Source of the DNA: an uncultured Gemmatimonadales bacterium
GTDB lineage: Bacteria > Gemmatimonadota > Gemmatimonadetes > Gemmatimonadales > Gemmatimonadaceae
DNA length: 64,000 nucleotides
NCBI GenBank assembly: GCA_963793305.1
Contig: CAWBZV010000003.1
Location: 384,001 to 448,000 of the forward strand
Direction: 5' to 3'
The notes beneath the pieces were generated by a model, which saw nothing but the letters and a program-made list of their open reading frames with translations, had not been told where the DNA came from and searched no databases. The position numbers and the translations under genes are program-made. Of the stretch, positions 44,164-53,743 are shown in pieces. Numbering within the stretch: position 1 is the first letter of the stretch; the number at the start of each line of letters is the position of its first letter.

Positions 44164-45017
44164 ACGCCAAGCGCATGGTCGACGATGCCTTGGGCGACGT
44201 TGAGACCGGTGGCATCGTGCAGCCCGCGCCACCCGGGAATCCCGTTGACCTCGAGCGCGTAGGTCTTTCCATCGTTCCCGGGCAGCAGGTCCACCCCGGC
44301 GTACTCGGCGCCCACCGCGCGCGCGGCTGTCAGCGCCATGTCGGTCTGCGCTGTCGTCAGGGTCAATGCCCGCGCCGCCCCACCGCGCGACACGTTCGTT
44401 CGCCACGTGGGAGACGAGCGCTCGATGGCCCCGAACACGCGATCGCCGATGACGAACGCGCGGATGTCCCGCCCGTCATGGTCGATGTAGCGCTGCAAAT
44501 AAAAAATACCGCGGATCTGCTCGATCGCCCGCAACACGCGCCAGGCCGTGTCTTCGTCGGTGACGCGGACGAGGCCCAGTCCCATCGAACCGAACAGTGG
44601 CTTGACGATGCAATCGCGCAGATGGCGAAATGCCGCCATCGCGTCGTCGATCCGCTCGCAGACGATCGTCTCGGGCGTGGTCAGTCCGGCCTGTTGCAGC
44701 AGAGCCGACGTATAGAACTTGTCAACGGTCCGCTCGATCGCGCGGGGCGAGTTGATGACACGCGCGCCGATGTCCTCCAGCCAATGCAAGGCGTCGACTC
44801 GATAGATGATCTGCTCCAACGAGCCATTGGGGATGATCCGCGCGAGGACGATGTCGCCGCGATGCACGGATGGCGAGACAGCGCTGGGCCCGAGGCGGCT
44901 GACGATGCCTTCCCATGGCGCGATGCGCGGAGCAGCGCCCCGGGCACGAATGGCGTGGCAGAGCTGGTCGGTGTGCCAGCCCTGCCGCGAGGCGAGAATG
45001 GTGACCGTGGTAACTAG
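44160..45017 (-). CDS. RimK-family alpha-L-glutamate ligase (Orf5/MptN-like); no canonical start for the conserved N-terminus
   Basis: ILASRQGWHT (in frame, upstream of the track start), GSLEQII.R, DKF, KPLFGS.G.G, D.R, WRTN, EVN.IPGW. Confidence 0.88.
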   Translation of the reverse strand, partial: LVTTVTILASRQGWHTDQLCHAIRARGAAPRIAPWEGIVSRLGPSAVSPSVHRGDIVLARIIPNGSLEQIIYRVDALHWLEDIGARVINSPRAIERTVDKFYTSALLQQAGLTTPETIVCERIDDAMAAFRHLRDCIVKPLFGSMGLGLVRVTDEDTAWRVLRAIEQIRGIFYLQRYIDHDGRDIRAFVIGDRVFGAIERSSPTWRTNVSRGGAARALTLTTAQTDMALTAARAVGAEYAGVDLLPGNDGKTYALEVNGIPGWRGLHDATGLNVAQGIVDHALGV

Positions 45018-45319
45018 GGAGTCTCCTCGCCCGTCAGCGCCTGGAATCCCCCGCTCGCGAATATCGGGATGTCATCGGCGACCGCCTTGAACCCAGGTGT
45101 CGACATCCCTTTCTTGAGCGCGTCCGTCGACGCGAACGTCAGCTCGGCCTTGCGATAAAAGGCGCTGTTCGGCGCGAACTTGACGAGCACGCCATTGGTA
45201 AACCCGATCTCTTTGGCATGCTTGGCGAGCAATGGCAGGTGCGTTGCCGCGTAGTACTTCTCGAACGCCGCGGGATCCTTGGGCGCATTGTATAGCACAA
45301 CGAGATGGGCCGCACTCAT
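45014..45319 (-). CDS. EthD-family protein
   Basis: VLY..P.DPAAF..YY...H.PL pattern. Confidence 0.8.
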   Translation of the reverse strand: MSAAHLVVLYNAPKDPAAFEKYYAATHLPLLAKHAKEIGFTNGVLVKFAPNSAFYRKAELTFASTDALKKGMSTPGFKAVADDIPIFASGGFQALTGEETP

Positions 45320-46284
45320 AGCGATGTGATCTCCAGGAGAGAAGTACGCAGAACGTCGGGATTGAGCAGCCCGCCGTGGAAAGTCCGCCCCGTCTTCGCG
45401 CTCGTCAACCAGACCTCGGCGGGACTGAACAAGAGTGGATCGATCTTGTAGAAATCGCCCTTATAGGCGTTGAACGTGTCGACGAATGGCTTGCCATAGT
45501 CGGGCGACGCCGAGGCCGGCAGCTTCGCGGCCAACGGCTCCAGCTCTGCGTCAGTCGCGTCGATCAGGAATCGCGCCTGGCCGCCATACAAAATGCAGTC
45601 GTTGGTGCGCCCGATCGCTTTGATATCCGACGTTGCCAGCGGTGGAACGGGGGCGGAGCCCGACGCCGAGATCACGCGCGTGACGTTGAAGCCGAGCGCG
45701 TCGAGCTTGTGGAGGCCGGTCTCCATGACGCGAGCGACGACCTGCACGGCGCCCGCGATGCTCGCCGTCGGCGCGACTACGAACGTCAGCTGTGCCGGCT
45801 TGACATGTGCGCGCTCGGCGACCCACGCGGCGACTGCGTCGGTCGGGTGTGCTCTCGTCTCGAGAACGAGCACGCCGTCGGACGCCGTCTCTTCGTACTT
45901 CAACTTGGCGAACAAGTCCTTTTCGACCCGGGCATGAGCGCGAAGCGGGCCCGATCCCATCGCGAAGAACTTGTCGACCTGAATCGCCCAGCCGGCGTAC
46001 TGCGATGCCATGCACGCTATCGCGGGATGGTCGGTCCAGACCTCGACGCCCATGTAGTCGTCGGGTCCCACCCGGACGGTCTCATAACTGATATGCCCCA
46101 GCCCACCCATGCAGATCTCGGCCATCGCGAGACCGGCGGCGAGCCCGCCGCGTACGTCGATGCCGAGGTCGATGATGCGCGCTCCACCGGGGAGCGTGGT
46201 CGACGCGATCCGCAACTCGTCGGACCGCGTCTCGACGTTATCGGCGATCGCCAATGCGTTGGCGTTCAGTCTCAGGTCGTCCAC
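45316..46284 (-). CDS. mch: Methenyl-H4MPT cyclohydrolase
   Basis: CMGGLG, ACMASQYAGW, GSGP.RA, APTAS.AG.VQ..AR..E...HK, GRTND..LYGG, FYKIDP.LFSPA. Confidence 0.96.
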   Translation of the reverse strand: MDDLRLNANALAIADNVETRSDELRIASTTLPGGARIIDLGIDVRGGLAAGLAMAEICMGGLGHISYETVRVGPDDYMGVEVWTDHPAIACMASQYAGWAIQVDKFFAMGSGPLRAHARVEKDLFAKLKYEETASDGVLVLETRAHPTDAVAAWVAERAHVKPAQLTFVVAPTASIAGAVQVVARVMETGLHKLDALGFNVTRVISASGSAPVPPLATSDIKAIGRTNDCILYGGQARFLIDATDAELEPLAAKLPASASPDYGKPFVDTFNAYKGDFYKIDPLLFSPAEVWLTSAKTGRTFHGGLLNPDVLRTSLLEITSL

Positions 46285-47049
46285 TCGAGAATCTCTCCTT
46301 TGCCAACGTCGGCTACATTGCCCGTCCAGCGCTTGTAGCGCCCGGTGGCGAACCGGCCGTCGATCGTGAATCCGCGCATGCGTTGGAGATAGCGCAGGAG
46401 TACCGGCACGTATGGCGGGCGGTAGGTGCACGCGTACCGATACGTCGCCGGGACCTCCAGGCCGCCGAGCGCGATCACGGACCCGCGCTTGGACCAGAGG
46501 CCGGCGCCGGTGCCGAGTCGGCCCGCGACCAGCATCGTCCCGGCGATCATCGCATGCGCGGCGTTCGCACCGGCATTTCCGCCGACGATCACGAGTCCCC
46601 GACGCACTCGCGTCGCGGCCCCGCTCCCGACGTTGCCGCGCACGATGATCTCCCCACCAGTCATCCCACGCGAGGCGCCGGGCAACGGCGCGCCGAGCCG
46701 ATCGCCCGCCGATCCACGGATCCGCAACAAACCCCCGGACATGGCCACGCCGGCGCCATCGCCGACGCTGCCGGTCACGTCGATCGTGCCGCCGCTCATC
46801 GCATGCCCGACACCTCGACCTGCCTCGCCTTCGATCGTCAGGGTGCCGGCACTCATGCCGGTCCCGAGTCCATCGACCCGCCGCAAATCCCCACCGACCC
46901 TGACGTTCCGGGCTCGGCTCGCCTTTGACATCGAATAGCTCGGCGAGCGGCACGCGGCGGCGACCAACCCAACACGTCCGGTCCGTGGCGATCGACGAGG
47001 CATCAATGCGCTCGGTGATCCCGGGGCGAAGCGTCAGCACGAGTGTCAT
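46272..47049 (-). CDS. fhcC: Formyltransferase/hydrolase complex subunit C (frameshift near 46910)
   Basis: LAELFDV.G, then Gly-rich M.GG beta-helix repeats, RRG, G.GEIL. Confidence 0.9.
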
Positions 47050-47951
47050 GCGACGATCTTCCGCAGGTAGAAATGATGGGGCCCGAGCTTCCCGCCATAA
47101 TTCCCGGCGGTGATTTTCTTGACGCCGGGGATGCACGCCGCCGGAATCCCCGCGCGCATCGCGCGGCTGATGCTGTCGAAGTCCAGTCCGTCGAGGACGA
47201 TCTCCATGACGCCGTTCACTCCTTCGGGCAGATCGGTCGTGGTGATCTCCCGCAGGGTCGGCGCGAACGCATCGTTCGTCGACGCGAGCAAGCTCTTGTA
47301 GCGCCTCGACCCGACTTTGCTGCCGCTGCGTACGATGCCGCCCGGGAACGGCAGGATGACGCCCGGCAGTCCCGTCATCGCGGCCACCGCTGCCTCAGCC
47401 GCCTGCAGCGCCTTCTCGGCCGTCTCGGCCAGCATGAGAAAATTGCCGCCGCCGACCGCGGAGACCTTGCCGAACGTCTCTTGTATCAGCGCTTCGCCTT
47501 CCATGACTGGCACGCGCCAGTAGCGGATCCCTCCGATCCGCTTGCTCGCTTGGAATCCGTCGCCGAAGATGCGGAGCGCCTTACCAACGGGCATCCGATC
47601 AGTTGAGCTCGGGATCCCATCGAAGACCGCCGTCGTCGGGCACGTGAGCACGGTCTGGCCCAGGCGTTCGATCAGCCGTTGCTGGAGGCCCGCCGAGTCG
47701 GGCGTGAACACCAGAACGCTGATGCCGGATCGGCCATCCGGTGTGTCGTCCGGCGACACCTCGTGTTCGATGCCCGCTTCGACCTTGCACCCGATGACCG
47801 ACGTCGCGAAGCCCGTCATCACGGTCGCCGCCACGCGCGCCCATCGCGGCGTCGCGGCCGTGATGATCACGCGCGCGCCGCGCATCGTGAACGCCTCGGC
47901 GAACGTGTCCTCGATCTCGACGCCGTTGATCGTGAGCGTGTCCGCGGTCAT
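47046..47951 (-). CDS. fhcD: Formylmethanofuran:H4MPT formyltransferase (Ftr)
   Basis: IEDTFAEAF, TGFATSVIGC..EAGIE, TPDGR.G, GGGN, PFPGGIVRSGSKVGS, AGNYGGKLG. Confidence 0.97.
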   Translation of the reverse strand: MTADTLTINGVEIEDTFAEAFTMRGARVIITAATPRWARVAATVMTGFATSVIGCKVEAGIEHEVSPDDTPDGRSGISVLVFTPDSAGLQQRLIERLGQTVLTCPTTAVFDGIPSSTDRMPVGKALRIFGDGFQASKRIGGIRYWRVPVMEGEALIQETFGKVSAVGGGNFLMLAETAEKALQAAEAAVAAMTGLPGVILPFPGGIVRSGSKVGSRRYKSLLASTNDAFAPTLREITTTDLPEGVNGVMEIVLDGLDFDSISRAMRAGIPAACIPGVKKITAGNYGGKLGPHHFYLRKIVA

Positions 47952-49552
47952 AGCTGCACCGCGTAGTTCTCGAAGGCGATGGTCACGTTCTCCTGGAAGT
48001 ACTTCTTGATATCGCTCTCAACCGCGCGATCATATCCAGGGGTCTGAAGCAATCTTCGCCCGGCAGGAGCGCGACGTAGTTGGCCTTCCTCGACGACCAG
48101 AATACCGGCCTTCACGACGTATCGTGGTGTCGCAAACATCTCGGCCGCGTTGGCCGACCGGGCATACACCGTGATGTCGGCATCAGCGCCCGGGCCGAGG
48201 TGCCCCTTGTTGCGCAATCCGAGCAATCGCGCCGGCCCTGCCCGCGTGATAATCGCGATTTCGCTCAGCGTATACTCGCGCGCGAGGCCATCGGCGAGCG
48301 CGCTGCCTGCGAGATGCTTCTGGTTGATGCGCTTGAGCCGATCATCGCGATACGTCCGATCCATGAGCAACCGGATGAGCTCCGGATAGCTCATGAACGA
48401 CCCGCCGTTGGGATGGTCGGTAGAAAGAACCAAGCGCCACGGATCGGGCGACAACAGAAAGAGCTCTAGACCGACGACCCATTGCAGCGCGGCCACGGCT
48501 GCGGTGTCCCGGTATGTATAGGGGACGATCCCGCAGCCCGTCTCGAGCTCGATGTCGACATTCATCCACTTCCGCCCCGTCGACATATGCAGCAGGTACT
48601 CGACCGCGCCGTCCGCGGTCAGTGTGCACGCGGGTCCGAACATGACCTGCCCGACGTCCCCACTGACCTCGGGATGCGCCGCGAAGTACTCGGCGATCCG
48701 CTTCGCCGCCGACGCCCAGGGTTTCGCATAGCTCTGAAACTGCAGATGCGTGAAATGCGCCCGCCGGCCGCCAACGGCTCGCATGCTCTCGAGCGTGATC
48801 TCGACGTTGCCGGGCAACCCGAGATTGTTGCAGTGAATGTGCACGGGGTGCGGAAGCCCGAGCGCGTTCCCGGCGTCGGTCAACGTCTCCAGGATGGCGC
48901 GGGGAGTCACGTTCGCCGCGCCGACGGGGTCGTCGAGCGACTTGACCTCGCGCACATTTCGCTTCCACAACTCGACGCCGCCGGGATTGACGATCTTGAT
49001 CGAATACGCCTTCGTCGCGCCGAGGAGCCAGCCGACATAGTCACGCGCCCGGTCGCGTTCGCCCGCGGCAATCTGGCGCAGCAGGTATTCGTCGTTGCCG
49101 AGCAACGCGAAGAATCCGCCGTCGACGATCGGCGTGTCGTCGAACTGCGCATGCGTCGACCGGGCGGAGATCGGCGCGACCGCGGCGTCGAACACGGTGG
49201 TGTAACCGAGTCCCGCGTAGCGATATCCTGTGGTGAACGTGCTCGGCACGGTGCCGCCGGAGCCCGAGCGCGGAATGATGTCACCGCGCTCCAACGCTGG
49301 CGCTGATACGGGATCGGCCGCGTGCTCCTCGGGCAGCAGCATGCGCGCGAGGTTGACGCTCGCCGCCGCGACGTGCGCGTGGATGTCGATGCCACCGGGC
49401 ATGACCACCATGCTGCGTGCGTCGATCTTTGGCGCATCCGCGGGCACATCCGCCACGATCTGTCCGTCGCGCACGCAGATATCGCGCACGTCGCCGTCGA
49501 CGCCGTTCGCGGGGTCGTAGACGGTGCCCCCGGCGATCCGCAGGCTCGTCAC
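47948..49552 (-). CDS. fhcA: Formyltransferase/hydrolase complex subunit A (amidohydrolase)
   Basis: VYDPANG, GGIDIHAH, YA.LGYTT, KIVNPGG, HIHCNNLG, TDHPNGG. Confidence 0.96.
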   Translation of the reverse strand: MTSLRIAGGTVYDPANGVDGDVRDICVRDGQIVADVPADAPKIDARSMVVMPGGIDIHAHVAAASVNLARMLLPEEHAADPVSAPALERGDIIPRSGSGGTVPSTFTTGYRYAGLGYTTVFDAAVAPISARSTHAQFDDTPIVDGGFFALLGNDEYLLRQIAAGERDRARDYVGWLLGATKAYSIKIVNPGGVELWKRNVREVKSLDDPVGAANVTPRAILETLTDAGNALGLPHPVHIHCNNLGLPGNVEITLESMRAVGGRRAHFTHLQFQSYAKPWASAAKRIAEYFAAHPEVSGDVGQVMFGPACTLTADGAVEYLLHMSTGRKWMNVDIELETGCGIVPYTYRDTAAVAALQWVVGLELFLLSPDPWRLVLSTDHPNGGSFMSYPELIRLLMDRTYRDDRLKRINQKHLAGSALADGLAREYTLSEIAIITRAGPARLLGLRNKGHLGPGADADITVYARSANAAEMFATPRYVVKAGILVVEEGQLRRAPAGRRLLQTPGYDRAVESDIKKYFQENVTIAFENYAVQL

Positions 49553-50622
49553 GGTTGCCTCACCAGCGCGGTCAACTCACGCACCGTGGCCGCCGTTTCG
49601 GGAACCACGCCGACCAGCGCTGGTCGCAATGGCAGCGGGATCTCATCGGCGCGCAGCGCCGTGCCGCCGTCATGGATGCCCGCGATACCAGTATCGATGG
49701 TGACCGCCGCGGCGAGGAGATTCTCACTTGCGCGGGGGCCAACAATGACAGTCGGTATGTTGGTGAGTCGTAGCGACGGGGGCACACTGGCACTGGATCC
49801 CACGATCAGCGCCGCGTCGAACTCAGGAGGGTCATAGGGGCAGTAGCGCGGCGCCCCCCTCGCGAAATCGATTGCCTTGGGATACCCGGTTTGCCACGTG
49901 AGCACCGAGTCGGCGCCCACGCGATTGCCGCCGCCGCGCAGGATCATTAACGCCGCGCGCGTCGGCCCATTGAGCGCTTCGGTCAGCGCCAGCAGTGGCT
50001 CGATGTACTCAGGCCGTTGCTCGCCATCGACGACGATGGCCACGTACTTCCCCTTGACCAGCCGCTCGGCCAGCGGGGTCATACCGTGCCCGAGAATCGC
50101 GGCCCGTGTCAGTGTGGCGGCCTCGACGCTCAAGTCGACGGAGATGAACTGCACGCCCGCGCGATCGGGGAGATAGCGCGAGCGCAATCGCGGGTACGCA
50201 TGATCGGGATCGATGCCCCAGAACACGACGATGTCGGCCCGGTACCGGAGCTCGCCGAATGTCGCGCTGCAACGGCCGCGCTCCTGGATGGCGAGGATGA
50301 GCTCTCGTGGCGTCACGGTATCCAGCATTGCGCCGAGTACGTCGGCTAGCGCGCATGCCTCGCGCTGCGCGGAGGTCGAGAGCTCGGCCGCCAGGTACAC
50401 CAGCGGTCGCTTGGCCGTCGTCAGCACTCGCGCCGCCTCGGCCAGCGCGGTGGGGACGGTGACTCCGGCATCGCCGACGCGCGCCAGCGTCGGCACCGTG
50501 CCATCGCCGAACCAGCGAATGCCGAGGTCACAGGCGTTCACGGCCTCGAAGATGCGGCCGTCGCGGACCGTGACGGCGATGTCATCGCAGGCCAACCCGC
50601 AGCCGAGGCACGTGGTCGTCAC
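49549..50622 (-). CDS. fhcB: Formyltransferase/hydrolase complex subunit B (FwdB-like)
   Basis: CLGCGLACDD, RAD..VFWG, LRG..N..GA...L.WQTGYP, G...R.D..PL.L. Confidence 0.92.
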   Translation of the reverse strand: MTTTCLGCGLACDDIAVTVRDGRIFEAVNACDLGIRWFGDGTVPTLARVGDAGVTVPTALAEAARVLTTAKRPLVYLAAELSTSAQREACALADVLGAMLDTVTPRELILAIQERGRCSATFGELRYRADIVVFWGIDPDHAYPRLRSRYLPDRAGVQFISVDLSVEAATLTRAAILGHGMTPLAERLVKGKYVAIVVDGEQRPEYIEPLLALTEALNGPTRAALMILRGGGNRVGADSVLTWQTGYPKAIDFARGAPRYCPYDPPEFDAALIVGSSASVPPSLRLTNIPTVIVGPRASENLLAAAVTIDTGIAGIHDGGTALRADEIPLPLRPALVGVVPETAATVRELTALVRQP

Positions 50623-51641
50623 GCGGCCCGCACCCTGAGCGCAGCCTCGCACGCAGTCACGGTTCTCGCCTCGGCGAACACCGTGCAGATCGGGCGGCCG
50701 GCCGCTATACGCGATCCGGGCATTGGGATATCGCGCACCGAGCTGTCCGCGAGCCACGACGTTGTGTCACCGACGACCGTATCATTGCGCGCATACACGA
50801 TCGCTTTGCCGACCGTGGTCCGTCGCGGTTCCGGCGCGAAGCTCGGCAGCTTTCCGGCGCACGCCTCGGCGTGCACGCGCGCGATCGAAATTCCGTACAA
50901 TCGCTCGGCCAGCTCCATCGCCGCGGTGAAGCGCGGGTTGACCTCGATCGGGACCGGCCGGCCGCGGCTCAGCACGAAATCGACACCGTTGACGCCGACG
51001 AGTCCGAACTCGCGCGTGACCGTCTCGGCGATCGTGACAGCCTCGTCGATCGGCGGCACGAGGATATTGCCGACGTACCGGAAATCGCTTGCGACGAGTT
51101 GGCGCGTGAATGCCAGCGGGCACACGGAGCGTCCATCGGCCGCAAAGACTATGGACCCCGGTACGCCCGGCACTCGCTCCTGCAGCACGCTGGTCCGAGG
51201 GATGCGCATTCCCCGTCGCCATTCCGTGATGGCATGACCTCCGCCGGATCGGCGAGGCTTCATCAACCAACGCCCGCTGCTTGGCGCCGATGCACGCACC
51301 GCCGGTGCAGTTGATAGCGCGCGCGCGAGCACGAACGGATTGCGCACGCGCTCCACCACCTCTGGCGAATTGCCCCAGAGTGTGCGCCCCTGGGCCAACT
51401 CGGCGATGGCCCCGGGGTGATTCTCGAAGTTCGACGTATATGCGCACGCAGCCGCGGGGATACCGCGAGCGCGCAGCGCCGCGGCTTCGGCCGAATACGG
51501 CCCGCTGAGCGCATTAAAAGCCGAGACGGCGCGAAGGTCGAGGTCCCCGAATGCGTCGATGGCGGCAACGGAGAACCCGGCCGCCCTCGCAGACTCGGCG
51601 AATGCGCGCACGCTGACACCGGCAAGAAGAAGCGTCGTCAT
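50619..51641 (-). CDS. ATP-grasp protein of H4MPT clusters (OrfY-like)
   Basis: G.S.RA.A.SA, D.FGD.D, KP...GGG, G..GVDF, EVNPR, G.PICTV. Confidence 0.85.
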   Translation of the reverse strand: MTTLLLAGVSVRAFAESARAAGFSVAAIDAFGDLDLRAVSAFNALSGPYSAEAAALRARGIPAAACAYTSNFENHPGAIAELAQGRTLWGNSPEVVERVRNPFVLARALSTAPAVRASAPSSGRWLMKPRRSGGGHAITEWRRGMRIPRTSVLQERVPGVPGSIVFAADGRSVCPLAFTRQLVASDFRYVGNILVPPIDEAVTIAETVTREFGLVGVNGVDFVLSRGRPVPIEVNPRFTAAMELAERLYGISIARVHAEACAGKLPSFAPEPRRTTVGKAIVYARNDTVVGDTTSWLADSSVRDIPMPGSRIAAGRPICTVFAEARTVTACEAALRVRAA

Positions 51642-51649
51642 GCGACGAG

Positions 51650-51704
51650 CGCCGCTCCGCGGCGCGTCGATGCGGCAAAAAACGCCGCTCGACTGGTCGG
51701 TTGG
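51650..51704 (-). repeat. 55-bp double-hairpin dispersed repeat, copy 1; flanked by a 16-bp direct repeat (51635-51650, 51712-51727)
   Basis: CCAACCGACCAGTCGAGC-GGCGTTTTTTGCC-GCATCGACGCGCCGCGGAGCGGCG on the minus strand. Confidence 0.85.
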
Positions 51705-51714
51705 AATGGGCTCG

Positions 51715-52728
51715 TCATGCGACGAGCCCTAGGCGTCGCCGCGCGGCGTCGCGCGGAATAACGGTGAGATAGTCGAGGGCGGAGCCGCGCGCGTCGCGCA
51801 GGCCGAGCGTGTCGACCATGGCGCGAGCGCTGCCGCCAGCGAGGCCGTTGGCGATGAGCGCCGCGCCTTGCGCCGCATGCTTCGCGACGGACGCAAAGCC
51901 GTCGAGCACGCGCACGGGCCGGCTGAGCCGTGCGGCGAACGCATCCACGTACTCGTGCGCGAACCGGCCTGACAGCACGATCTCAGCCGGACCCGGCACC
52001 GACACCATCAGTGCGGCTATCGCTTTGAGTCCGCTCTCGACGTACGCCACGTCATCGTCGGTCCCGCCGTGAAACAACATGGCTTTGGTGACGTGCTCCG
52101 CGAGATACGCGACCTCGCCGTCCCATGCCCCGGCCGCGCGACGGCCGATGGGACCCGACGACCCGCCAACACCGTCGACGATGCGTCCACGATCGACGGC
52201 GATCGCCGCGGTAAAGGCCCCGCCGAGCTCCAACAGGATCAATGACACGTCGCCAGGTGCGCAGCGTCGGCGGCGTCGTTGTTCGTCAACGGCGAGGGCG
52301 ACCGCACAGACTTTGTCGGCGGTTCCCATATCGACGCGGTTGTGCTTTCGATAGGCTGGGACCGAGGGCAGATGCACGACGCCCGGTGTGAAAACGACCG
52401 GGAGTCGCGATGAGGCGAGCGCGCGGATGAGAGACGAGAGGCCGCCGAGGCCGCCAGTGTCACCCGACTCGGTGAGCACGGCCAGGCGCACATCGTCCTC
52501 GGTAAGCTCGAGGCCCGGTACGAGCGGGAGACCGTAGCCTGATGGTCCGACGATGAGATCGACGGGCGCGACCTCGTAGAGCATGGTAAGAAACGCGGCT
52601 GGGTCGGCGAGCGCGGTGGCGGTCTCGACCGCGCGGTCGAGGAAGACGGTGTCGCCGGCCAGGCCGCACACGTCGATGCTGACCGTCCCCGGGTCGATCC
52701 CAATGACCCGGGGCGCGTCGCTATCCAA
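51715..52728 (-). CDS. DUF1464 family (ASKHA / butyrate-kinase-like) protein
   Basis: VIGIDPGT.S.D, PSGYGLP, PGV.HL..VP..RK.N..DMGTADK, G.IVDG.GG, DGEVAY, K.AAQGAA. Confidence 0.85.
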   Translation of the reverse strand: MDSDAPRVIGIDPGTVSIDVCGLAGDTVFLDRAVETATALADPAAFLTMLYEVAPVDLIVGPSGYGLPLVPGLELTEDDVRLAVLTESGDTGGLGGLSSLIRALASSRLPVVFTPGVVHLPSVPAYRKHNRVDMGTADKVCAVALAVDEQRRRRRCAPGDVSLILLELGGAFTAAIAVDRGRIVDGVGGSSGPIGRRAAGAWDGEVAYLAEHVTKAMLFHGGTDDDVAYVESGLKAIAALMVSVPGPAEIVLSGRFAHEYVDAFAARLSRPVRVLDGFASVAKHAAQGAALIANGLAGGSARAMVDTLGLRDARGSALDYLTVIPRDAARRRLGLVA

Positions 52729-53578
52729 TCGACTGTGCGAGGTCATAGATCGCCTCGGCGTCGAGAACGGCATCACTCGTCTCGAACAACCGCGCGATAC
52801 AGCGCTTGTGGATCTTGGTCTTGAGGCCGCCGACGCCGATCGCGCCGAACACGGTCACGCCGTCGCGAACCTTGCCATCGTCGTTCGTCTCGACGCCTTC
52901 GATGCCTAAGGGCGGCACGGCGTTCAAGTCGACGGCGACCTGGAGTCCGCGGTTGGCCCACGCCGCGCGCGGCACCATCTGGACGCCGGCCGGCCCGCAG
53001 TTGAGCAGGATCTGCGCGCCCTCCAGTATGGCCGCGGCCTGACTCGGCTCTGACATCTGCGTGCACGAGACTTTGCCACCGAAGCGCGCGATGATGTTGC
53101 GCGTCGCTCGCTCGCCATCGGGTCCGCGCCGCGATGTGATGAGCACGTCGGCGCCGGCTTTGGCGAGGAGGCCGGCCGAGCGGGTGCCGACGGGGCCGGT
53201 GCCGGCGGTGACGACGGCGCGCTTGCCGCGAACGTCGCCGACGGATTTCACGATCTTGCAGACGGCCGCCACCGCGGTCGTGTTCGAACCGTTCGAGTCG
53301 AGCATCAGCGACACACGGAACGGGCCGAACAGGGTTTCTTGCGCGGCGACGAGAATGGCCTCGCCGACGTTGATATCGGCGCCGCCGACGAATACGGCCG
53401 AGTTCACGAGGTCTTTGGGGCCTCGTGTGAAGATCAGGCCATAGATCAGATCACGCGCATCGGGTGGCGTGATGCTGCCATAGCTCATGATCTCGTCCGC
53501 GCCGCCGTCGTAGGCTACGACACGGTCGAAGACGCTCGGCAGGCGGTTGCTGTCGAGCTGCAAAAGCAGTTTTCGCAT
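52721..53578 (-). CDS. mtd: NAD(P)-dependent methylene-H4MPT dehydrogenase (MtdA/MtdC-like rather than MtdB)
   Basis: LLQLD....PSVFD.VVAYDGGAD, IFTRGPK, D.NGSNTTA.AA, GTGPVG, DLNAVPPLG. Confidence 0.93.
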   Translation of the reverse strand: MRKLLLQLDSNRLPSVFDRVVAYDGGADEIMSYGSITPPDARDLIYGLIFTRGPKDLVNSAVFVGGADINVGEAILVAAQETLFGPFRVSLMLDSNGSNTTAVAAVCKIVKSVGDVRGKRAVVTAGTGPVGTRSAGLLAKAGADVLITSRRGPDGERATRNIIARFGGKVSCTQMSEPSQAAAILEGAQILLNCGPAGVQMVPRAAWANRGLQVAVDLNAVPPLGIEGVETNDDGKVRDGVTVFGAIGVGGLKTKIHKRCIARLFETSDAVLDAEAIYDLAQSIG

Positions 53579-53638
53579 CGAAATAGCTCACTCGATCGGG
53601 TACCGGCAGGATGGAGTTCGGCTCAGCCGAAACTCCTT

Positions 53639-53694
53639 CCAACCGACCAGTCGAGCAGCGCGATAGCGCTGCATCGACGCGCCGCGGAGCGGCG
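53639..53694 (+). repeat. Double-hairpin dispersed repeat, copy 2 (fae-mtd intergenic)
   Basis: CCAACCGACCAGTCGAGC-AGCGCGATAGCGCT-GCATCGACGCGCCGCGGAGCGGCG. Confidence 0.85.
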
Positions 53695-53743
53695 CTACCT
53701 GCTGGGAGCCGCGAGGACGCGGGCTCCCAGCTGCCGGGCGAGC

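Noticed and set aside
45316..47136. FhcC-Mch fusion (606 aa); likewise the PabB-PabA (35438-37459) and MfnF-MfnE (25518-27074) fusions
   Set aside because: Each contains an Arg-rich out-of-frame middle while the missing domain part lies in another frame; these are frameshift artefacts.
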